Origin: a virus
Lineage: Duplodnaviria; Caudoviricetes
Reading direction: 5' to 3' (one strand)
Length of the DNA: 26,332 bases
IMG/VR virus record: IMGVR_UViG_3300037511_000238
Coordinates: 1-26,332 of that record
Shown here: piece by piece, positions 17,922 to 25,270 of the stretch
Layout: the number at the start of each line of letters is the position of its first letter
Numbering within the stretch: the stretch's first letter is position 1
Made by a program: the position numbers and the translations under genes
Notes under the pieces: generated by a model
Databases searched by the model: none
The model's input: only the letters and a program-made list of their open reading frames with translations
Told to the model about the DNA's origin: nothing

Positions 17922-18134
17922 CTAAGAAATAACACAACATCCACGCGAAGAATTCTCTTTCTTCTCTTCTCCTATCAACCCGGCATTTTCAAAGGCGCAC
18001 ATTATGTCTCTAACCCTTTTTATTTCTTCATTTTTCTTTTTAACTATTTCATGCATAGCTTTACTAGCTTCCATCCAAGGCATTCTGTGATGTTCTTTAA
18101 CTTCTATAGTCTTTACTTCTGATGTAATTTTCAT
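17922..18134 (-). CDS. Hypothetical protein
   Basis: 70 aa ORF co-directional with the operon; TAAGG upstream. Confidence 0.5.
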   Translation of the reverse strand: MKITSEVKTIEVKEHHRMPWMEASKAMHEIVKKKNEEIKRVRDIMCAFENAGLIGEEKKENSSRGCCVIS

Positions 18135-18249
18135 GATTAAAATACCTTAATCTATCACTTCCACAATTCCTCTTCATCAATATCTGGATTAAAAGTTTTA
18201 ATTCTAACTTTTTCCATATATTCTTCCTTATGATTTTCTCTCCAATACT

Positions 18250-18357
18250 TTAATTCGCGCAATTTTTTTCTGAAAAGCTAACTCCTCCCAAAAATCCACA
18301 TCCAAAAAGGTATATACAAACAGCAGCAAAGATTAAAAAAGTTTTATCCATATTCAT
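18250..18357 (-). CDS. Possible 35-aa membrane peptide (not in ORF track)
   Basis: Manual translation MNMDKTFLIFAAVCIYLFGCGFLGGVSFSEKNCAN*; starts 2 nt after the ligase stop, with GGAG in the ligase 3' end. Confidence 0.35.
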   Translation of the reverse strand: MNMDKTFLIFAAVCIYLFGCGFLGGVSFSEKNCAN

Positions 18358-18359
18358 TC

Positions 18360-19547
18360 TTACTCCAAATCTATCATTTTATTTGCTTTAGGTTTAATGC
18401 ATCCCATAATATATTTATCTACTGCTTCAGATTTATTAAGAAGTAAAGGAAAAATACAAGATGCATGTTTAAACTTTTCAGGATTATTCTTTATATATAA
18501 TCCAATTTCTTTTCTCTCTTCTGGTGTTGGTAGTCTTTTAAAATACATATTATTTTCAAAAATATTAAGTGCGAAATGAATAGATTCATTTATATAATAT
18601 TCTTTAAAATTATATATAAATTCATGTCTCAATTCACTATAAATCTTATGATATTGAATATTTAAATCATAACTTATTTTATTAAATTCTTCTAAATATT
18701 CTTCTGGAACACCCATCGTTATCTCTTTTGAGACCTCTCCATATTTCATGTTCTCCCAAACTGATAAAGGAGAACACATTGTAACGAGTTTATGAATCTT
18801 AAGATACTCATCTCCTTTAATTTTTACTCTAAGGCCATTTTTAAATCTTACAACAAATCCTTCTTTATCCTTAGGAAGAGTCTTTTGAAGAGCTATCATT
18901 TCATCTATAGTATGATTAAATTTATCTACTATAGGAATATTATATTCATTACATATAGTCTCTAAAAGAGACCTATCTGCTTCATAATCCACCCCTAAAT
19001 GGTTATGTTGTCTGTAAAAAAACGCTGCAAGCATAACTAACTTTCTTTCACCATTATAATCACAAACTATTTTGTTAGAAGGATATATTATCTCGAATAA
19101 AAAAGTTATATTTGAAATGTCATGATATTTTCTTTCAAAATTGCAAAAATCTGGATAAAGCTCATGAAGCATTTTTGTGGCTTCTATAGCTTGTTCGCTT
19201 TCAAAACTACCTACAGTTGCTATCTTAAGTTTTCCATCATGGAAATATGTTATTCCTAAGCTTCCATCTAACTTATCATATACCTCATATTCTTTATGCT
19301 TTATAATTTCACTATATCTACTTTCAGGCATTTCTTCTAAATTGAAGAATTTAGGAAAAGGATGCGCTACCATACTATAATTATCTGAACTGTTTAGTAT
19401 TAAACCTCTCGCTATCCTTGTTGAATTATTCCAAGCTTTATCATGCACACATTTATCGGTATACCTATATAGCACAAGATTATCCAATACTTTTGTCCTA
19501 ACATAGCCATTTTTTATAGCCTTATTCATTTCATTCATGTCACGCAT
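18360..19547 (-). CDS. rnlA: ATP-dependent RNA ligase, T4 Rnl1/RnlA family
   Basis: ARGLI, PFPKFFN, motif I KLDGS, FEII, motif IV EGFVV, motif V RVKIK. Confidence 0.88.
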   Translation of the reverse strand: MRDMNEMNKAIKNGYVRTKVLDNLVLYRYTDKCVHDKAWNNSTRIARGLILNSSDNYSMVAHPFPKFFNLEEMPESRYSEIIKHKEYEVYDKLDGSLGITYFHDGKLKIATVGSFESEQAIEATKMLHELYPDFCNFERKYHDISNITFLFEIIYPSNKIVCDYNGERKLVMLAAFFYRQHNHLGVDYEADRSLLETICNEYNIPIVDKFNHTIDEMIALQKTLPKDKEGFVVRFKNGLRVKIKGDEYLKIHKLVTMCSPLSVWENMKYGEVSKEITMGVPEEYLEEFNKISYDLNIQYHKIYSELRHEFIYNFKEYYINESIHFALNIFENNMYFKRLPTPEERKEIGLYIKNNPEKFKHASCIFPLLLNKSEAVDKYIMGCIKPKANKMIDLE

Positions 19548-19563
19548 AATATCTACCTTTGCT

Positions 19564-20793
19564 CTACCCCTTAATACAAATAACTTGTTTCAATGTGTGC
19601 ACTATCTCAACTAAAGAATCTTGAGCAGCCATGACCTTATCAATATCTTTATAAGCAGCTGGACTTTCATCTAGAACATCTTCATCTTTTCTGCATTCTA
19701 TACCATTAGTGGCTATTTTATGCTCTTCAAGACTTATTTTCTTCCTGGCTTCTCCTCTGGACATAATTCTGCCTGCTCCATGAGAACAAGAACAGAAAGA
19801 GTCACGATTCCCTTTACCTTTCACTATATAAGAACGAGAGCCCATACTACCGGGAATAATACCAAGCTGACCTTCTCTTGCCGAGACAGCTCCTTTTCTA
19901 GTTATCCAAAGATTATGTCCAAAATGATTCTCAATCTCAGTATAATTATGATGACAATCTATTGAGGTATTCGATTGAAAATATTTATTAAGACTCATAT
20001 CTGAGTTGTCTGTAATCTCATGTTTAGAGATTCCAGTATGATAAGATATATCTTTCAATACTAAATCCATCATAGTTTTTCTATTAATCTTTGCGTAATC
20101 TTGGCACCATAAAAGAGCTTGTATGTATCCAATAAAATCTTCATTGCTATGAACAAGATAAGATAAATCAGGATCAGGAAGATTAATAAAATAATCTTTA
20201 CAGACTCCTTTTGCCTTATTTATATACATTTCAGCAAGAGTTTTTCCAATGTTTCTGCTTCCACTGTGCAATAAAACCCAAGCATCATTGTTTTCATCAT
20301 GACATATCTCTATAAAATGATTCCCACCACCTAATGTTCCTATTTGACACATAGCTTTATTAAATAAGTTTTTTTCTATATTTAATAATTCAAGAAACAC
20401 AAGAGTATCAACAATTGGCTCTTTATGCTGATTAAATCCAACAGGGACAGACCTCTCTATAGATGACCTTAACTTTGATAAATTCTCAATTCTATCTATC
20501 TTTATGCTAAGTTTCTGAGCCCTCATCCCACAACCAATATCTACCCCTACAGCAGCAGGCATTATAGCTCCTTTAGTAGGAATAACAGACCCAACCATTG
20601 AGCCTTTACCATAATGAACATCAGGCATAAGAGCTATATGTGGAAAAATAAATGGCATACCAGCAACATTAAGTGCCTGTTGGTAAGAGTTATCATCTAT
20701 ACCAATATCCTTCACCCATGCCTTTATAGGAACTTTAGATAAGTCATCTTTTATAAAAGCATACCCATCTTTAAAAGAATTTAAATTAATCAT
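19564..20793 (-). CDS. rtcB: RtcB RNA-splicing ligase (joins 3'-P or 2',3'-cyclic P to 5'-OH)
   Basis: MPDVHYGKG, VGVDIGCGM, GTLGGGNHFIE, HSGSR, HHNY, RKGA, PGSMG, SCSHGAGR, DESP.AYK motifs. Confidence 0.96.
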   Translation of the reverse strand: MINLNSFKDGYAFIKDDLSKVPIKAWVKDIGIDDNSYQQALNVAGMPFIFPHIALMPDVHYGKGSMVGSVIPTKGAIMPAAVGVDIGCGMRAQKLSIKIDRIENLSKLRSSIERSVPVGFNQHKEPIVDTLVFLELLNIEKNLFNKAMCQIGTLGGGNHFIEICHDENNDAWVLLHSGSRNIGKTLAEMYINKAKGVCKDYFINLPDPDLSYLVHSNEDFIGYIQALLWCQDYAKINRKTMMDLVLKDISYHTGISKHEITDNSDMSLNKYFQSNTSIDCHHNYTEIENHFGHNLWITRKGAVSAREGQLGIIPGSMGSRSYIVKGKGNRDSFCSCSHGAGRIMSRGEARKKISLEEHKIATNGIECRKDEDVLDESPAAYKDIDKVMAAQDSLVEIVHTLKQVICIKG

Positions 20794-20983
20794 TTAAAAC
20801 GTCCTCTTTATCACGCTTAGGAAATTGTAAAACTTTTGACATAGGTCTTTTATTGCGAGATGCAAATTCATTTATATCAACGAATATATTTTCAGAATTT
20901 TCTTTAATTAAAGAATTAATCCTTTCTAAATGAAAATTTAATCTCTCAAGAACTATGTCTAATTTAGACTTTTCTTCATTCAT
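20786..20983 (-). CDS. Hypothetical protein (likely start MNEEK at 20983)
   Basis: GAGGAG RBS upstream; ends with KVLQFP; overlaps the rtcB start. Confidence 0.55.
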   Translation of the reverse strand: MNEEKSKLDIVLERLNFHLERINSLIKENSENIFVDINEFASRNKRPMSKVLQFPKRDKEDVLND

Positions 20984-20990
20984 ATAAATG

Positions 20991-21443
20991 TTACTCCTCC
21001 TCATCATCTAAATAATATTCTACCTTTTGTTTTTCATTGTCTTTTACCCTTTCTCTCCATTTATAATATTCTTCTTTAGAAAAAGTAATAATTCCATCTA
21101 ATAACCTCTTTATAACATCAACATGATTCATATCAAATTTCTTATCGCACACATCACAACTTCCATATTTCCACTTTATGTTCAAATATTCATAATCATC
21201 CTCCTCCTCATCTTCCTCATCATCATATTCAACATTAACACCATGAAGATCATTCATTAATGTGCTAAAATTATTACGTGGTACTTTAATGTCAATATCA
21301 ACATAACCATCGTAACGACATTCACAATCTGAATCATCTCTTATAACTTCACATCTAGAAAATATTGGAAGTATATGATTTGCCCATGTAGCTTTATAGG
21401 CTTCTGATTCTTTTACTAATTTAAACTCTTTCTTTTCATTCAT
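20991..21443 (-). CDS. Hypothetical acidic protein (likely start MNEKK at 21443)
   Basis: ATGA overlap with the nucleotidyltransferase stop; acidic tract and YGSCDVCD motif. Confidence 0.6.
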   Translation of the reverse strand: MNEKKEFKLVKESEAYKATWANHILPIFSRCEVIRDDSDCECRYDGYVDIDIKVPRNNFSTLMNDLHGVNVEYDDEEDEEEDDYEYLNIKWKYGSCDVCDKKFDMNHVDVIKRLLDGIITFSKEEYYKWRERVKDNEKQKVEYYLDDEEE

Positions 21444-22447
21444 CTGAACGTTGCTCCATAAATACGATTGCATTCTCTTCCGTAATAATATTCAATTAAA
21501 TCTTCTGAAAACTTATAGTCTGGCTCCTTTGGAAGGACGCTCTTATTTGATTTTTCTTCAACTTTTAATAATAGATCTTCAATTTCTGAAACAACCTCTT
21601 TATATGGAATCTTTCCAAGCTTAATATCCAAAATATGTTCACGATTAATCAATGGAAATGTAATATTTCCTGTAGAAAAAAGCTCTATAGCTTGATTTGA
21701 AATTCTTACTGCATGAGAAAGAGCCTTCCAGTCAACACCTTCATTTTTTTCCGACATTAATGCTCTTTCATCATACTTTTTAATAAAATTCTGAAGACAT
21801 TCTCTAACATACTTTATCTTAACCGTACTTGGAAATGACTTTCCACATATATTTAAGAAAGTAAAATAATTACCATTATCCTGCCTTTTACAATCCATAT
21901 AGACATATTCACTAGCATTAAGAAAGAAAATATTCGTCAATTCTTTAAAATCTTTACATTTATTAACAATATCTTTTACTAAATCATTATCATTATATTG
22001 TTTCAAAGCATCTAGCGCATTTCTGATCTCAGACAGCCTTCTTCCTTTAATACCATACTTAATAGATTGTTGGCTACAATACCCAACAAATGGTAAAGTT
22101 TTATTACTAATAAATCTTGATTTATTTTCTCTAATGTCCACCCAAAAGTTAACATAAAAATTCTCTACAAAACATTTTGGCGCAAATAACATATCTAACG
22201 CTACAGTCTGACCTTCTAGCAATAATTTTAAGTAGTAATGCAAAGAATATGACTCCTCATCATATTCCCCAGGAATATTTTTCTCCCCATCTTTTTTATT
22301 TTTTTTGCTTTTAACGAACTTAGGAACTCTCTGAATTATAATATCCTTCCTGTAAGGAATAAAAATAGACCTATAATCTAAATCTGAATTTTCTGTTTCA
22401 GTTCCATACAAATGAGAACCAACTTTAATCTTAACAATATTTCTCAT
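21440..22447 (-). CDS. Pol-beta-family nucleotidyltransferase, RlaP/YcgL/T4 NrdC.11-like
   Basis: GSHLYGT....SDLDY catalytic motif, F.GY..QQ..KYG.KG.R, DWKALSHAVR, G.ITFPL...IK.G, S.LP.EPD. Confidence 0.85.
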   Translation of the reverse strand: MRNIVKIKVGSHLYGTETENSDLDYRSIFIPYRKDIIIQRVPKFVKSKKNKKDGEKNIPGEYDEESYSLHYYLKLLLEGQTVALDMLFAPKCFVENFYVNFWVDIRENKSRFISNKTLPFVGYCSQQSIKYGIKGRRLSEIRNALDALKQYNDNDLVKDIVNKCKDFKELTNIFFLNASEYVYMDCKRQDNGNYFTFLNICGKSFPSTVKIKYVRECLQNFIKKYDERALMSEKNEGVDWKALSHAVRISNQAIELFSTGNITFPLINREHILDIKLGKIPYKEVVSEIEDLLLKVEEKSNKSVLPKEPDYKFSEDLIEYYYGRECNRIYGATFR

Positions 22448-22647
22448 ATAAAATTTTCTTCCTCCAATATAGAATTTATTATAGAATCACCTAAAAAATC
22501 ACCTACAAAATCATATACAGAATTATGTACAGACGCACCTATAAAATCCCATACAGAATCACTTACAGAATTACTTGTAGAATGAGATAAAGAATTTTTT
22601 ACAGAAATTATTATATTAAGCCTTAAATCATTTTTTAATGATTCCAT
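22444..22647 (-). CDS. SVxD microprotein B8
   Basis: MESLKNDLRL...NSILEEENFI; ATGA overlap into the nucleotidyltransferase gene. Confidence 0.7.
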   Translation of the reverse strand: MESLKNDLRLNIIISVKNSLSHSTSNSVSDSVWDFIGASVHNSVYDFVGDFLGDSIINSILEEENFI

Positions 22648-22862
22648 TATTCCTCCAATATAGAATCCCATACAGAATAAAGTACAGATTTACATACATG
22701 ATCACGTACAGGATCATATACAGAATCATATACAGAATCATATACAGAATCATATACAGAATTGCGTACAGAATTACGTACAGAATTACGTACAGAATTA
22801 CGTACAGGGTTCCATACAGAATCACTTACAGAATCATATACAGAATATTTTACTGATTCCAT
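22647..22862 (-). CDS. SVxD microprotein B7
   Basis: MESVKYSVYDSVSDSVWNP...SVWDSILEE. Confidence 0.7.
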   Translation of the reverse strand: MESVKYSVYDSVSDSVWNPVRNSVRNSVRNSVRNSVYDSVYDSVYDSVYDPVRDHVCKSVLYSVWDSILEE

Positions 22863-23044
22863 TCTTCCTCCAATATAGAATCACATACAGAATCACATAC
22901 AGAATCAAATACGTAATCACATACGTAATCCCATACATAATCACATACGTAATCCCATACATAATCATTTACAGAAGAACGTACAGAATCCCATACAGAA
23001 CCAACAGAAGCCCAATATCCTATAGAATCTTTTAATGATTCCAT
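22850..23044 (-). CDS. SVxD microprotein B6
   Basis: MESLKDSIGYWASVG...SVCDSILEEEWNQ; start at 23044 after GGAGG. Confidence 0.7.
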   Translation of the reverse strand: MESLKDSIGYWASVGSVWDSVRSSVNDYVWDYVCDYVWDYVCDYVFDSVCDSVCDSILEEEWNQ

Positions 23045-23238
23045 TATTCCTCCAATACGTGTTCTCTTATGGAATCCCATACAGGATATCGTACAATATA
23101 ATATACAGAGCTCCATACCGAATCTATTACAGAATCACGGACAGAATTATGTACATGATTACGTAATGTAGAATTTTTTACGGAGTCAAGTACAGAATCA
23201 CATATATGATTCCATATAGAATCTCTTACAGACTCCAT
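23044..23238 (-). CDS. SVxD microprotein B5
   Basis: MESVRDSIWNHICDSV...HVLEE. Confidence 0.7.
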   Translation of the reverse strand: MESVRDSIWNHICDSVLDSVKNSTLRNHVHNSVRDSVIDSVWSSVYYIVRYPVWDSIREHVLEE

Positions 23239-23513
23239 TCTTCCTCCAATATAGAATCATATAGAGAATCCACTACAGAACCCGATACAGAATCCACTAC
23301 AGTATTATGTAAAGAATACCATACAGAATACCATACAGAATGACTTACAGAATGACTTACAGAATAACTTACAGATCCAAATACAGAATCCTGCACAAAA
23401 TCACGTACAGAATCTATTAAAGAATTCAATACAGAATTATTTACAAATTCAAATACAGAATAACGTAAAGGATCTACTGCATCATAATATACAGAATCTT
23501 CTACTGATTCCAT
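23226..23513 (-). CDS. SVxD microprotein B4
   Basis: MESVEDSVYY...LYDSILEEEWSL, 95 aa. Confidence 0.7.
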   Translation of the reverse strand: MESVEDSVYYDAVDPLRYSVFEFVNNSVLNSLIDSVRDFVQDSVFGSVSYSVSHSVSHSVWYSVWYSLHNTVVDSVSGSVVDSLYDSILEEEWSL

Positions 23514-23668
23514 ACTTCCTCCAATATGGAGTAAAATACAGAATCACCTACAGAATCACCTACAGCTTCACGTACAGATTCCCATATAGAATTCAATACA
23601 GAATTCGATACAAAATTCTCTAGATAATTACTTAAAGAATAACGCAGATCATCTTTTATTGATTCCAT
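23501..23668 (-). CDS. SVxD microprotein B3
   Basis: MESIKDDLRY...FYSILEEVWNQ; start at 23668 after GGAGG. Confidence 0.7.
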   Translation of the reverse strand: MESIKDDLRYSLSNYLENFVSNSVLNSIWESVREAVGDSVGDSVFYSILEEVWNQ

Positions 23669-23859
23669 CCTTCCTCCCATATAGAATCCCATAATATATA
23701 ATCACATAAAGAATGCACTACAGAATTACGAGAATTACGTAGAGAATTACGTACAGAATACCATACATAATCATTTACAGAAGAACGTACAGAATCCCAT
23801 ACAGAATTACGTATAGAATACCATACATAATCATTTACATCATCTTTTAACGATTCCAT
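23656..23859 (-). CDS. SVxD microprotein B2
   Basis: MESLKDDVNDYVW...WDSIWEEGWNQ. Confidence 0.7.
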   Translation of the reverse strand: MESLKDDVNDYVWYSIRNSVWDSVRSSVNDYVWYSVRNSLRNSRNSVVHSLCDYILWDSIWEEGWNQ

Positions 23860-24047
23860 GATTCCTCCAATATAGAATCATATACAGAATAAAGTACAGA
23901 TTTACATACAGGATCACGTACAGAATCACTTACAGAATAAAGTACAGAATCACATACAGAATCATATACAGAATTACGTACAGGGCTCCATACAGAATCA
24001 CTTACAGAATCATATACAGAATATTTTGCTGATTTTATTAATTCCAT
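23847..24047 (-). CDS. SVxD microprotein B1 (start ATG 24047 or GTG 24059)
   Basis: MELIKSAKYSVYDSVSD...SVYDSILEESWNR. Confidence 0.65.
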   Translation of the reverse strand: MELIKSAKYSVYDSVSDSVWSPVRNSVYDSVCDSVLYSVSDSVRDPVCKSVLYSVYDSILEESWNR

Positions 24048-24102
24048 ATCTACATCCACTTAATATTTCCTCTGCATAGTCTACATAAAATACCATTTAT
24101 AC

Positions 24103-24150
24103 TTTTCTCCTTTTCTCCTTTTCTCCTTTTCTCCTTTTCTCCTTTTCTCC
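24103..24150 (-). repeat. Perfect 8-bp tandem repeat x6 (TTTTCTCC; AAGGAG-containing on the minus strand)
   Basis: Six exact copies counted at 24103-24150. Confidence 0.95.
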
Positions 24151-24177
24151 TTTTACATAAAAAATATGTACCTTATA

Positions 24178-24205
24178 AATATATACAAAATATAACAGTT
24201 GTCAA
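24178..24205 (-). promoter_or_regulatory. Putative sigma70 promoter for the array B / RNA-repair operon
   Basis: Minus strand TTGACA (24205-24200) -16 nt- TATATT (24183-24178). Confidence 0.55.
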
Positions 24206-24231
24206 CATTGTAAACAAATATATTTATATAA

Positions 24232-24300
24232 AAGTTAACTAAATTATATTAAGCTGGTTAACAATATTTAGTTAACTTGTAAATAAATATATGCTATACT
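24232..24300 (+). promoter_or_regulatory. 13-bp perfect inverted repeat and extended -10 promoter for the second Omp gene
   Basis: aagttaactaaat (24232-24244) / atttagttaactt (24266-24278); TGcTATACT at 24292-24300. Confidence 0.55.
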
Positions 24301-24334
24301 TAAATAATCTATTGATATATTTTCAAGGATATTT

Positions 24335-25195
24335 ATGAATGATTATATGAACAAATTAAAGTTATTTCTTTCCGCTTTATTGCTAAGCGCACCCATGTTT
24401 GACATCTGCTATACGGACGAGCTTAAAAAAGATGATTATAAGATTAATTACTATGTAGGAATAGAAGGCCAATTAAGAAGAATGGGGTGTCATAAAGATT
24501 CTTTACATAGCATGTTTGACAAGAATAGCTATCAGAACTCTATTTTTGTTGGTGGTAAACTTAATGATTACATAAGTTTAGAACTTTCTTCTATCAGAAT
24601 GAAATCTCTATCAATGGCTCACAGAAACTGCTCTGTAAAAAAAATACCTGTATCTAATTTTGAATCTGATACGTTATCCACTTCGTCTACTTCTTTACCT
24701 GCAGATGATGATATGGGTATGTGCACCAACGACATGGAGGACAACTTATACAAAAATGTCCCTATTCTTTATTATGATGAGTTGGATACAAATTTTAAAA
24801 CTTCTTCAGGAATGCTAAGTAAAAAAACTATACAATCATTCAATGCAAATCTTATCCTAAGTACGCCCATATTCGATACAGATATTGGTAAGTTAGATAT
24901 ATTACATTTAATTGGTTATTCTAGGATGAGAATTTCATATAGAAACGTCATTATAATGGATGGCTGTGATTCTGAATACTTATGCAGCAAATCTGTTAGC
25001 TACAGCAAGAGAAGGTCCTTATTCAGGAAAGGAGTTGGAGCTCAGTACATATTGAATTCTCATGGTATTAGATTTCTTATACTACACGAGGATACTAGTG
25101 CTTTTAAGAGCCTTAAATATAATAAAAACAGGAAAAGCTTTAGCTTGAAGAATTCTGTTATATTGAGTTTAGGTGTATTTTATATATTTAATTAG
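24335..25195 (+). CDS. Outer-membrane beta-barrel protein, paralog of 15919-16485 with a long loop insertion
   Basis: Signal-like N-terminus, NYYVGIEGQLR (versus NYYVGFESQLR), VGGKLNDYISLE, GVGAQY, terminal SLGVFYIFN. Confidence 0.7.
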   Translation: MNDYMNKLKLFLSALLLSAPMFDICYTDELKKDDYKINYYVGIEGQLRRMGCHKDSLHSMFDKNSYQNSIFVGGKLNDYISLELSSIRMKSLSMAHRNCSVKKIPVSNFESDTLSTSSTSLPADDDMGMCTNDMEDNLYKNVPILYYDELDTNFKTSSGMLSKKTIQSFNANLILSTPIFDTDIGKLDILHLIGYSRMRISYRNVIIMDGCDSEYLCSKSVSYSKRRSLFRKGVGAQYILNSHGIRFLILHEDTSAFKSLKYNKNRKSFSLKNSVILSLGVFYIFN

Positions 25196-25270
25196 CTTAC
25201 TTTTTATGCAAATAATACAATCTTGTATATACTATATTGGTGATTTATTGATTTTTAAAATGGAGTAATT

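Larger units (their letters stand above)
22444..24059 (-). repeat. Array B: eight tandem tetrapeptide-repeat microprotein genes
   Basis: Same junction motif and 12-bp module as array A; ATGs at 22647, 22862, 23044, 23238, 23513, 23668, 23859 and 24047. Confidence 0.9.

Noticed and set aside
18155-18217. 20-codon minus ORF MEKVRIKTFNPDIDEEELWK faintly resembling an empty array unit
   Set aside because: Too short, has no SVxD module, and the similarity to the junction could be chance.
12906-24059. CRISPR array interpretation of the recurring ~30-bp junction motif
   Set aside because: The period is 155-275 bp and variable, the intervening DNA is itself 12-bp repeats with open frames, the junctions are degenerate, and there are no cas genes.
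12906-24059. Diversity-generating retroelement (TR/VR pair)
   Set aside because: No reverse transcriptase in the window, and differences between units include module gain and loss rather than a clean adenine-specific TR/VR pattern. A distant RT cannot be excluded.
24235-24275. CtrA box (TTAA-N7-TTAA) as evidence of an alphaproteobacterial host
   Set aside because: TTAA spacings here are 10, 5 and 10 (8 and 4 in the 15817 region), not 7.
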